50,167 nt of DNA, from contig OZ025765.1 of assembly GCA_964019335.1 (NCBI GenBank), positions 1 to 50,167 on the forward strand. The letters are read 5' to 3'. The notes beneath the pieces were generated by a model. That model ran no database searches and was not told the origin of the DNA. It saw only the letters and a program-made list of their open reading frames with translations. The position numbers were made by a program, and so were the translations under genes. This document shows positions 1 to 8,903 of this stretch, piece by piece. This DNA comes from Diplonema japonicum. Its lineage: Eukaryota; Protista; Euglenozoa: Diplonemea. Each line of letters starts with the position of its first letter. The first letter of the stretch is position 1.

Positions 1-227
1 GTTTGCGGGTTTGCGGGTTTGCGGGTTTGCGGGTTTGCGGGTTTGCGGGTTTGCGGGTTTGCGGGTTTGCGGGTTTGCGGGTTTGCGGGTTTGCGGTTTG
101 CGGGTTTGCGGGTTTGCGGGTTTGCGGGTTTGCGGGTTTGCGGGTTTGCGGGTTTGCGGGTTTGCGGGTTTGCGGGTTTGCGGGTTTGCGGGTTTGCGGG
201 TTTGCGGGTTTGCGGGTTTGCGGGTTT
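1..227 (+). repeat. Telomere-like 8-bp tandem array (GGGTTTGC)n, ~28 units, running off the window edge
   Basis: Directly visible. Units are perfect apart from one missing a G near 92-98. The G-rich strand is the + strand. Confidence 0.97.
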
Positions 228-301
228 CAGGGAAAAAAAAAAAAGTTTCACATCTTCCTATGGCGGGGGGGGGGAGAACAGCCCCCCACACCCCCGCTGG
301 C

Positions 302-3300
302 CTATCTGGCCAGCGAGCCTTTGGACCTCTTCTTGTGGGGTATGGGCCCCACCCGTGCCCTCCCCGACTCGAGCTGCAGCCAAGCCACCGCACTGTTCAC
401 CGGGGCCCAGTTCTCCTTGTTGCGCACCTTGACCGTGTCCCGCACCAGGTCGTCGCTCCCCAGCTCTTCCATCAACCTGTGCTCCGCCAAGAATTTGAAC
501 TGGGGCCCGGTCATCCCCTTGAGCTCACCCCTGCATATGTTGGCTTCGACCACGGTGCCATCCGCCCCCGTACCCTTCAGATAGATGTAGCCACCCTCCA
601 CACAATCCGAGTCAGTACTGGCCGATCGGGCCCGGGCCCGCTTCTTGTCCTTCTTGCTCCACTTCAGCTCTTCCAGGGTGGGGAGGTCCGTGGCAACCAC
701 CTCAGGCCGCCTCTCCCTGTCTTCCTCCTTCTTCCGGGCCAACAGCCCAAGGTACCTCTCAAAGGAGACGTCCTCGAACAACCCCGGGACCGTCACCACC
801 GCTGACTGCAGGTCGACCTCTTCAACACCCATCTTCCGCAGATGGTCCTGGACAGTGCGCCTCGTCTCCTTCTCGCAGGGCCCCCTCCCCTCGTAGACGT
901 CGAGGGTGACCTTCCTTCCATCCCTCACCCACGCCTTCACTTTGATCAGGTCCTTGACCTTTCCCACTGGGGCCCTTATCCTTGCGTCGCACCTCTCCAA
1001 GAACTCACGTAGTGTCACCTTGGTAGCGCCGGCTCCCGCCGCAATGCCCACTACCCCTTCCTTCCCCGGTGTCGGGTGGTGTCTGCACCCCCGGGTCTGC
1101 AACTTGACCACCCTCCATGCCGTTTCCAGAGTCCCCTTGAGCACGCCACCCTTGAAACGAACAGGTTGCACCGCCGAACACCCACACGCGTACGTGATCT
1201 GGAAATCCTGGACCGTCCTCGGGAACTCGAACTCGCGGTATGTTTCCGACTTCTGCACCTCACAACCCACAATGCGGCTGCGGCGCTCTCCGTCCGACCC
1301 ACCTTCCAAGCTTGCGAAGTACTGCTTTACCATCATGTATCCAAGTCCAGCGATACCAATCTGGCCAGCCATAGCCACCTCCAGTGGAACACCCAGCGAC
1401 TCGGCCTTCGCAAGAAGCATCTCCTCAGTCCTCTCCCTTCCAGGGTCCGTTCCTTCTTCAAGGATGATCTCCACCCGGCCCTCGAACTGGATGATGAACT
1501 TGAGCAGTCGGTCCCCCGGCCTCGCCCTCAGTGGCACCATCGCTCTCGGAATTGGGATGCCCATCACCACATCAATCGGGTCAAGCTGAACGAAGTCTCC
1601 CCCTACTTCCACCTGCTGTTCCCTTTCCGGTGCCCCGACTCCCATCAGCTGATCTCCCTCCGGCGTCTGGATCCCACCCCTAGGTGTGTCAGGCCCCGAC
1701 TGGCTGCCTCCGCTCGGTGCGTTCCCGCCCTCTTTGGTCCCTTCGGGGGCGTCATCCGCCTGCGGCTTCAGAGTCCTCCCACCGCCCTGTCTCTTCGCAG
1801 CTTGTTCCCTACAGAATTCGCTCACGGTCATCTTCCTCGTAGCAGTTGTCGCACTCTGGTCCCCCTTGTTCGAGTCCCTCTGGGCCTCCGTATCCCCCTT
1901 AGGACACTCGTCCAAGGTCTGGTTCACCGCAGCGTCAGTCGCCCCTTGTCTCTTCCCATCTTCCTGGGCCTTCGGGTCAAGCCCCCCTCCCTGCCCAGCC
2001 CTCTCGCTGGATCCTGTTCCGGCCATCTCCGTGTCTTCTCCTCCCGGCGAGGCTGCTTCGAGTCCTGCTCCCGCTTTCCCTTGTGTTCCACCCTCCACCG
2101 GTTCCGCCTTTCGCTGCTGCTGCATTCGGGCGTCCAGGTCCTTCTTCGTCTGCTCCAGAAGGGCATCCAGCTGGTGGGCCACCGTGATTGGGGGTCCGCC
2201 TCCCTGTCCCTTCACTTCCCTCTCGGACGACTCCTCAGCTTCGGTGGTTTTTTCATTGCCGAAGGAGTCCTCTGTGAGGTCAGTGTTGGATTCAGTGTTG
2301 GGTTCGTTGTTCGCTTCCACGTTGTCCTTTTTTTCCTCTTCGCCGTCCGGTACCGGGGGCCCTGGATCCAACTGTACAGGCCCTTTGACTAACAGCGCCC
2401 CTGCTATCGATCTCATCATGGCCGTTGACACCTCTTGGACCACACGCCTGTGTATCGAGACTCTGTCCCCGTGAGCCCGCGCAGCTATGCTCCTGGACAG
2501 TTTCTTCGTGAGGTAGACTGCTGCCTCCCCGAACCCCCCAAAGGTCTCCATCGCGAAAGGTACAAAGGCCACGCGTGTCTTGGCGAGCTCCGCCTCATAC
2601 TTCTGGCGCTTGTAGTGTTCCGCCTTCGCCGCTGCGTACCCCGCAGTCTTCGCCGCCTGGTTGACACAAGACTCGTTCCTCGGGTGCACGATGACCGCGT
2701 CCATAGCCATTGGGCGGGAACCCCCCACCCCACCTGGGAAGAACACGTCCGCCGGGCGCTGGGACGACCCCGGGATCAGCCCCGTCTTCTCCATCGTTGC
2801 GCTCACCCCGGCCCACTGACAGTGTCTGTGGATGGTCTCCTTCACCCGGTCGTGCCTCGCAATCCTGGCGTTGCCGCATCCCTGGGCATGGTCACCCCAT
2901 ACGTCCATCCCCTCAGTCTTGCACCTCGGGTCGTGGCAGCTCTCACCCTGCTTGTAGACCGGAGCCCCCAACCACCACTTGATCAGAGCCCCAAACTCGT
3001 TGTCCGACAGCTGGTTGTAGAAGTCAGGCGTCGCCGTCAACCACGCCCCCGCATAGTGCATTGACTCCGACATCAACCTCGCTCTCGAGCGTGCATCTGC
3101 TTTCGCCAAGAGGTCCTCCAGCGCCTTCTCATCAAGCACCCTAGAGAGCCACCTCTGGCTGCAGATGTGGGGGGCCTTGGCCACCATGTCGGGTGTAATC
3201 TGCATGCCGCCTTTCGTCCTGTTGAACCACTCGAGCCAGCTCCCCCATACACCCCCTTCCAGCCCATGTTCGTATTTGGGATCCAGCTCCTTGCACAGCT

Positions 3301-6300
3301 TCATCGTCGACGCCCTCGAAGCCATGTTGGCCGCGCGCAGGTGCTCCTGGCAGCTCCTCATCCCAAGCCCACCGACTTTTACGGACAGTTTCGCCTGCTG
3401 CCATTCTTTCGACCCGCTCTCGAACTGCATGCCGCACACCTTCGACATCGTCTTCCGCACCATCTCGTCGAACCTGTGCATGACCCCTCCCACATGCGAG
3501 TCTGGGACCACTCTCATGTAAAACACCAGTTTGCTGTATGAGCTGCAATACCGGAGAAGTGTGTACCCTGTCTGCCTCCCCACCTTGGTCAGCATGTCGA
3601 AGTTCTCTTCCAGCGCGTCCAAGCGTTTGTTCAGAAAGGCTTGCGTGTACTCCGGCGATCCTATCGGCGCCCCCAGGAGCATGAAGTTCCTCTCTTTGTG
3701 GAAATTCTCTTCTGTCAGGCCATCGAAGCCTGTGTCCTCCACTGTCTGGGGGAGGTCGCCACTAACCCATATGAGCTCGCACTTCTGGGGTTTCACTTTC
3801 AGCCCTATCATTCCGCTCAGCTCACACAAGATGTTGTACGCCTTTCTCACTTCATCCACATTCCCCACAAGGACGCCATCGTCCAGGTAGAACTGGAGGA
3901 TGTCCAGGTTGCAGTCTTCACTTATCTTGTTCACCAGGGGTTGGATGGCCAGAGAGAACAGCAGTGGTCCCATCGGGTCCCCCTGTTGCACCCCTTCCTG
4001 GGACTTAATCACCTTTCCGTTGTAGTATAATTGGGAGGGCACCCTGTAGCACCAATCGGCCCACGCATACAGCCCCGACGCTTGCTCATAGGCCTGTGAG
4101 CACAGCTGTCTCCGACAAACACTGTTGAAGGCGTTGGCGTAGTCGATCTTGAGGATCACCTTGTTTTCCTGCTTGTTGCCCCGTTCCCTGTCCACATACT
4201 GCCTGATGGTGTGTATAGCCGCCTCCATTCCAGCAGGGACCGATACCCCCACCTGGCCGCCTTTCTTCAGGTACGAAGAGGCCACTTCCGGAGCGATCTT
4301 CTTCACAAGGGATTTCCCCACCAGCCGACGCAGCACATCCCCAACGGCTATGGGCCGCACGTCCCTGTCGTTCTTCTTGAGGGCCACAAGGTTCGCCCCT
4401 GCCATCAGCGGAGCCACCTCCCTAGGGGCCGTGCCTCTAGCTAATGCGTTGACTGCCCTCGTCACCGACATCAAACAGCCTTGAGACTCAAAAGCTCCGT
4501 CCACCGCGTCCTTGATGTGCTGGGCTCTCAGACCAGTCGGTCCCGCAGCAGTCCCCCTCGGGAAGTCCCTGATTGCGTCCAGCACTTCTTCCGGCAAGAC
4601 TTCTACCGCTTCCTTCGTCTTCGCCGGGTTGTCCCATTGGGGGTGTAGTGGCTCTGGATGTTTGCTCTGCAGCGCTCTCCAACAATCCTCATTGTCTTCC
4701 GCCAGCCCCTGGGCTACAAGCGCCGCGTTTCCTGCCGAGAACCTCCCTTTGCTGCACAGTTCCGTGGCCCTGGCGACCTTAGAGACCTCGTCGTTCTTAG
4801 GTTCCCCCTTCTCACCTGATTCCAGCTTATTCCAGAGGGCCATGTAATTTCCCTTCTCCCACTCCTCCAATCTGGCCTGGACACTCAGCTCCGTCTCCTT
4901 GTCCCGCTTCTTCCCTCCCCTCTTCTTCCACAGGCAGGCTTTGGGGAGCATCGCCACCAGCAGCCAAGCCTCCTCTGTGTTGTCCTTCACCGCCCGGCCC
5001 AGAGTGTGCTTAAGGGTAAGCCCCCACAGTCTTTGAAGGCTCGTCAGGATCGACCCCATGGTCGTGACGTTCATGGCGGCTATGGCTTCCAGGCTGGGTA
5101 ACTCGGTCCTCGTCGGGGCCGGCGGGGGGGTCGTGTATTCCCCTTCCCTTCGCACCGCCTTTTTGCACTCGTCGTGGCACCCCTGACCCTTCCACACACA
5201 GCCCCTGCACACCAGGCACCTCTTGAGGTCCAGTCTCCTCAGAACACTCTCCAGGATCTCATCACTCTCCAGGTGCCCATCCAGGTGACACTTCCATACC
5301 CTTGTCGAGTTGAACGGGGTCGTGCTTTTGCACTTCGACCTAGCGCAGTTCGCCACCGGACAGTACAGGAATTGCTGGTTCCTTGCCCCCATCTGGTCCA
5401 ACACCCCTGCCTTCCCGTATCCAGGGATTGCACGGTCTATTATGTCCCACTCCCCGATGTCCTCACCCGGGGCCTCGGAGGGTTGCTTACCTGCCTTTTG
5501 TAGAGCAACCGATTGGGACTCATCAAGGAGCATCATCATCGACTCCTCCTCTCCGACTGCATACTCGTAGTGGTTGCCGTTGTACGCCAGCACCACCACC
5601 TTCTCATGGTCGGAGTTGTACTCCCCTATCATCAGGACTGGGTTGTTCCCCCCAGCAACCACGAGTATCGTGCGGCCAAACGCTTGTGCTGCGGCTGCCA
5701 GGCACAAGTGGTTCCACGTCGCCGCTGTGCCCATCCCTTCCAAGTACCGGTCCCAACCCTCGCTGCAAAACGGGGCATAGTGCTCCTCCCGGTGTTTCAT
5801 CCATTCTACAACCTCGCTCCTGATGTGGGTGTGGTCCCCGTAGGCTTCCCCGAGCGAACCAGCCAGGGTGTGGAACATGCAGTTCCCGTCCTTCTCTGTC
5901 AATCTCCTTGTCAGCTTGAAGCTCTTCATGATCTCGTCCACTGACTTGCCAGCCCTGGGTTGTTTGTTGGGGTTCCACAGATTCCGCTGCCTGTGTAGTG
6001 CACAGTGCATCTGGTTCAACGAGCACACCACAGCACACGTTCCACAGAGGTTCACCTTCATGTTCCTCGCCTGCTCTTGTTTCACAAAATGATGGTGGAC
6101 CGCATTGAGGTGTTTAACTAGACAGCTTGCCACACTGGTGTGGAAAGAGCAGCCTTCCATCCGGCATTGATGTTTGTCTGTTCCTTCTTTTTCCCCCTCC
6201 TTCTGCGCCTCCGTGTGCTCATCATCCAAATCCATGGGGGGAGTGTCACCACCTCCTTGCAACGCGTCCCCTGCCAGCGTCAAGTCCGCAAAGGGGTCCA

Positions 6301-6565
6301 GGTGTTCGGCCTGAAAGAGCTTATCCTCCGTCTCAGCTCGTTCCTTCGCTGCTTGCTTGGCGTCCTCCTTCTTTTTTCTGCGTCTTGAGCTTCTAGGCGG
6401 GCCCAAGTACACCGGCAGGTAGTGACCTCTCGATCCGCATCTTGTCTTCCTCAGCTTTACCGGTCCGAATCTCTGGGTCAGGTCAGCACCAGCTTTCCCC
6501 ACCATCACTTCCAACATGGCCCAGAGCGACATCAGCCCCCCTATCCAAACTGAAGTGCTTCCCAC
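302..6565 (-). CDS. Retrotransposon polyprotein: C2H2-like Zn fingers, OTU cysteine protease, reverse transcriptase, CCHC plus restriction-like endonuclease, long C-terminal extension
   Basis: OTU: DGNCMF...YNGNHYE (~5560-5910). RT: GPTGLR, RPIAVG, KIDYANAFN, GVQQGDPMGP, YLDD (3878-3889), GGLG. RLE: CHDPRC..DHAQGC, RHD, RPADV, KRQKY, PFAMETFGG. These are CRE-clade-type motifs. The listed start is a GTG; the true start is probably upstream. Confidence 0.93.
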   Translation of the reverse strand: MGSTSVWIGGLMSLWAMLEVMVGKAGADLTQRFGPVKLRKTRCGSRGHYLPVYLGPPRSSRRRKKKEDAKQAAKERAETEDKLFQAEHLDPFADLTLAGDALQGGGDTPPMDLDDEHTEAQKEGEKEGTDKHQCRMEGCSFHTSVASCLVKHLNAVHHHFVKQEQARNMKVNLCGTCAVVCSLNQMHCALHRQRNLWNPNKQPRAGKSVDEIMKSFKLTRRLTEKDGNCMFHTLAGSLGEAYGDHTHIRSEVVEWMKHREEHYAPFCSEGWDRYLEGMGTAATWNHLCLAAAAQAFGRTILVVAGGNNPVLMIGEYNSDHEKVVVLAYNGNHYEYAVGEEESMMMLLDESQSVALQKAGKQPSEAPGEDIGEWDIIDRAIPGYGKAGVLDQMGARNQQFLYCPVANCARSKCKSTTPFNSTRVWKCHLDGHLESDEILESVLRRLDLKRCLVCRGCVWKGQGCHDECKKAVRREGEYTTPPPAPTRTELPSLEAIAAMNVTTMGSILTSLQRLWGLTLKHTLGRAVKDNTEEAWLLVAMLPKACLWKKRGGKKRDKETELSVQARLEEWEKGNYMALWNKLESGEKGEPKNDEVSKVARATELCSKGRFSAGNAALVAQGLAEDNEDCWRALQSKHPEPLHPQWDNPAKTKEAVEVLPEEVLDAIRDFPRGTAAGPTGLRAQHIKDAVDGAFESQGCLMSVTRAVNALARGTAPREVAPLMAGANLVALKKNDRDVRPIAVGDVLRRLVGKSLVKKIAPEVASSYLKKGGQVGVSVPAGMEAAIHTIRQYVDRERGNKQENKVILKIDYANAFNSVCRRQLCSQAYEQASGLYAWADWCYRVPSQLYYNGKVIKSQEGVQQGDPMGPLLFSLAIQPLVNKISEDCNLDILQFYLDDGVLVGNVDEVRKAYNILCELSGMIGLKVKPQKCELIWVSGDLPQTVEDTGFDGLTEENFHKERNFMLLGAPIGSPEYTQAFLNKRLDALEENFDMLTKVGRQTGYTLLRYCSSYSKLVFYMRVVPDSHVGGVMHRFDEMVRKTMSKVCGMQFESGSKEWQQAKLSVKVGGLGMRSCQEHLRAANMASRASTMKLCKELDPKYEHGLEGGVWGSWLEWFNRTKGGMQITPDMVAKAPHICSQRWLSRVLDEKALEDLLAKADARSRARLMSESMHYAGAWLTATPDFYNQLSDNEFGALIKWWLGAPVYKQGESCHDPRCKTEGMDVWGDHAQGCGNARIARHDRVKETIHRHCQWAGVSATMEKTGLIPGSSQRPADVFFPGGVGGSRPMAMDAVIVHPRNESCVNQAAKTAGYAAAKAEHYKRQKYEAELAKTRVAFVPFAMETFGGFGEAAVYLTKKLSRSIAARAHGDRVSIHRRVVQEVSTAMMRSIAGALLVKGPVQLDPGPPVPDGEEEKKDNVEANNEPNTESNTDLTEDSFGNEKTTEAEESSEREVKGQGGGPPITVAHQLDALLEQTKKDLDARMQQQRKAEPVEGGTQGKAGAGLEAASPGGEDTEMAGTGSSERAGQGGGLDPKAQEDGKRQGATDAAVNQTLDECPKGDTEAQRDSNKGDQSATTATRKMTVSEFCREQAAKRQGGGRTLKPQADDAPEGTKEGGNAPSGGSQSGPDTPRGGIQTPEGDQLMGVGAPEREQQVEVGGDFVQLDPIDVVMGIPIPRAMVPLRARPGDRLLKFIIQFEGRVEIILEEGTDPGRERTEEMLLAKAESLGVPLEVAMAGQIGIAGLGYMMVKQYFASLEGGSDGERRSRIVGCEVQKSETYREFEFPRTVQDFQITYACGCSAVQPVRFKGGVLKGTLETAWRVVKLQTRGCRHHPTPGKEGVVGIAAGAGATKVTLREFLERCDARIRAPVGKVKDLIKVKAWVRDGRKVTLDVYEGRGPCEKETRRTVQDHLRKMGVEEVDLQSAVVTVPGLFEDVSFERYLGLLARKKEEDRERRPEVVATDLPTLEELKWSKKDKKRARARSASTDSDCVEGGYIYLKGTGADGTVVEANICRGELKGMTGPQFKFLAEHRLMEELGSDDLVRDTVKVRNKENWAPVNSAVAWLQLESGRARVGPIPHKKRSKGSLAR

Positions 6566-6619
6566 CAGAGTGCCCCCTACTGCTAGCCAAGCGAGCTCCC
6601 CAGCGGACCATTCATCCCC

Positions 6620-7171
6620 TCAGGGCCCCACCTGTACCCTTGACCTGCAGGTGGTCCTCCTGTTGCTCCCCAGCCTCTTCCACAACACTGCCACATGCAG
6701 GAAGGAGGGGGCCATCCCAATGCCCGCCCCCAGCACCTGCCTCACCCCTGGGATCAGCAAGAGGGAGACCAGGGCGACCCAGGCCCACACCCCCAGGTGC
6801 TCCCATCTCACCCCTTCCTTGCTGTGTCCCGTCCGTCTGCGGTGCCTCCTTGTGCCAGTTGCAGCCCCAGGTGCCAGGATTCTGGGTGCCAGGGGTTGGG
6901 CTCCAGGCGTTCCCACCTCAGTCCACTTCAGCCCCATTGCAGGGTCATCTGGCTTCTGTTCCAGGGCGGCCTCGTGTTCCTCTCTGCGGGCCCTCCTCCT
7001 CCCTTCTTTCCTCGCACGACAGTGCCTTTTCTTCTCCTGTCTGGCAGCCTCCCTCGCCCCCTCCCTCGCCTTGGTCCTCTTCTCCCAACGCCTCTGAAGG
7101 GCCGTTTCGCTCCTGTGCCTCCTCCTGTTCTTCTTCCGCTTGGGCACTGGCTTAGGTTCCCTGCCACCCAT
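6620..7171 (-). pseudogene. Probable N-terminal part of the RT ORF (basic region plus hydrophobic segment), cut off by one in-frame TGA
   Basis: The ATG at 7171 is in frame with 302..6565. The only interruption is TGA at 6620-6622 (CCC TGA GGG); codons from 6619 down to 6566 are open. Confidence 0.6.
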
Positions 7172-7395
7172 GGCAATCCAGGGGGCTCTTTTCTGTCTTC
7201 TCACAAGGGTGTGCAGTGGTGCTCTCACATCGCTCACAGCCTCCACCCCAACCACACCTTGGCGGGCGGTGGGGGTGGGTGCTGGGTCCCCCTGGTTGTT
7301 TGAAAAGAAAAAAGGTTCCTCCTTGTTTGTTTTTTTTTTTTCTTTCCCTTCCACCCTCAAAAAAAGCCCCTGGCCCTTGGGGACCAGGGTGTACA

Positions 7396-7690
7396 CCTCC
7401 GTAGAGGGTCCAGAAAAAATGGGGGGCAGAGAGGGAGGGGCACTACCTTCTCTCGGGTGTGCTGTCTCTCCCTCTGCCTTTTTTTCCTCCAAAGAGGGTC
7501 TGTTTTTCACCTCCGTGGAGGGTCCCTCTGGAGAGGGCTCTATAAAAGAAAAAGGGGGGGACGAATGGGGGGGAGGAACACTACCCTCTCTCGGGAGTGC
7601 CACCTCTTCCCCTTTCTCTCTATTTTCCTCCGAAGAGGGTTCTAAAAAAAAAAGGGGGCAGGTGGGGCACTATCCTCTCTTGGGAGTGCC
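7396..7690 (-). repeat. Inter-ORF array of repeated RNA hairpins (5 x CCUC-NNNN-GAGG; 3 x GCAC..GAGA..GUGY)
   Basis: Small hairpins at 7396-7407, 7486-7497, 7510-7521, 7525-7536, 7627-7638. Larger ones at 7440-7462, 7577-7601, 7666-7690. Confidence 0.75.
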
Positions 7691-8694
7691 ACCCCCCCTT
7701 GCCCACAAAAAAGGGGATCTAAAAAAGGGGGTTCGTCTGTTAACCCAGGGGATGGGTCTTCCTGGGGTGTGCAGGTGAGCTTGGGGCCTACCACACACAG
7801 GGTGATCGACACCCTGACACCAGTGGACATCCCGGACGGGATGTGGTGCGTCCACTGGTGTCTTGCTTCACCTTCCAACAATGCCCATGAGAAGGGGGGC
7901 ACCAGGTATTTCGCCACCCTGTCCCCCCTCCTCATGACCATTGTGGTCTCGGCTCCGTACGAGAGGACTAGGACAATCGGTCCCAGCCTTGCGTCGTCCT
8001 TGTGGGCGGCAATCCCACAACCAGACTTGTACTTGTTGACAAGTACCTGGTTGGGGACCACCTCAAGCCCTGCGGCGGCGGCCACCTCCCTCACCCACCC
8101 CTCCGCCCCCCCTGGGATCCCTGTGGTGGGGCGCACCTTGGCGTTCGTCCCCTCCCACCAGTACCCGTATTGGAGGGTCTCCCTCCCTGAGTTCTCAGAC
8201 AGGGCCTCCCACTTTCCTGAAAGCAGGGCTTTCAGGAAGGCAGGGGCCAGGCCCGTCCTCAACCCAGGAGGGTGTTCACCATACACCAGTACCCACCCCT
8301 TTTTTTCTCCCTCTTTTCTTCCCTCTTCAACAATAGCAGGGTCAGCTGCAGGGGTCGTGGTTGCGGTGGTCGTGGCTGTGGCAGGGGCAGCTGCAGCGGT
8401 CTCAGTTGCAGTGATCAGGGTGGCAGGGTCGGCTGCGGCGTTCAGGGCGGCTGGGGCGGCTGTGGCTGTAGCAGTGGTGGTCAAAACCGCAGTCTCTGCT
8501 AGTGATTTTTTTATTTTATTATTTTTTTTTTCTAAAGGGGGGTGGGGGGATCTAGGGGGTGGGGATTCATACTGCCCAACCAGATTGCCTGGTTGGGTGG
8601 GTCTCGGCGCCGTGTGCTGTGGGCTGCAGGCTTGCTCCTGCAGGCTGCAGCTGCAGCTGTGGTCACCTCCTCCTGCAAGTCGTCTTGGATCCAT
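7642..8694 (-). CDS. AlkB-family 2-oxoglutarate/Fe(II) dioxygenase with Ala/Thr-rich N-terminus (retroelement ORF1)
   Basis: PNQVLVNKY..GIAAHKD (HxD at 7996-8004), LVLSYG, LLEGEARHQWTHHI, RVSITL(C). The ATG at 8694 follows an A-run ~170 nt downstream of the SL. Confidence 0.85.
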   Translation of the reverse strand: MDPRRLAGGGDHSCSCSLQEQACSPQHTAPRPTQPGNLVGQYESPPPRSPHPPLEKKNNKIKKSLAETAVLTTTATATAAPAALNAAADPATLITATETAAAAPATATTTATTTPAADPAIVEEGRKEGEKKGWVLVYGEHPPGLRTGLAPAFLKALLSGKWEALSENSGRETLQYGYWWEGTNAKVRPTTGIPGGAEGWVREVAAAAGLEVVPNQVLVNKYKSGCGIAAHKDDARLGPIVLVLSYGAETTMVMRRGDRVAKYLVPPFSWALLEGEARHQWTHHIPSGMSTGVRVSITLCVVGPKLTCTPQEDPSPGLTDEPPFLDPLFCGQGGVALPREDSAPPAPFFF

Positions 8695-8865
8695 TTTTTT
8701 TTTTTTTTTTGTTTTATAGTGTGTGTTGGGGGGGAGGGGATCCTTTTGTTGAGTGGCAGGCAGGCCGACAGGCAAAACAACCCCCCCAGACGACAGCGAC
8801 AACGGACAACAGACGCAGCAGCAAACCCAGGCAGAGGCAGCAGGCACCAGCAGAACACAAACAAC

Positions 8866-8903
8866 CAATAAAGTACAGAAACTGTAGCTTTAGAATCATT
8901 GGT
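8866..8903 (-). other. Spliced-leader (mini-exon) sequence, diplonemid type, in a retroposed context
   Basis: The minus strand reads ACCAATGATTCTAAAGCTACAGTTTCTGTACTTTATTG. Its 3' half is the conserved kinetoplastid/diplonemid SL end CAGTTTCTGTACTTTATTG. It is followed by GTTGTTTG rather than a recognisable SL intron. Confidence 0.92.

Larger units (their letters stand above)
228..8903 (-). mobile_element. Apparently full-length CRE/SLACS-type (RLE) non-LTR retrotransposon inserted in a (GGGTTTGC)n array
   Basis: The same 8-bp repeat abuts both ends (1-227 and 8904-8950). An SL exon marks the 5' end. It contains an AlkB ORF and an RT-RLE ORF. The short 3' UTR has a G/C hairpin and a T-run, and there is no poly(A). 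Confidence 0.85.

Noticed and set aside
1-227. Canonical left telomere
   Set aside because: The strand polarity is opposite to a normal left chromosome end, so it cannot be asserted.
3-805. Three + strand ORFs with RVCGFAGL repeats
   Set aside because: Translations of the stop-free 8-bp satellite running antisense into the retroelement.
8866-8903. Functional SL-RNA gene
   Set aside because: No recognisable SL intron, Sm site or T-tract terminator follows, and satellite lies directly upstream.
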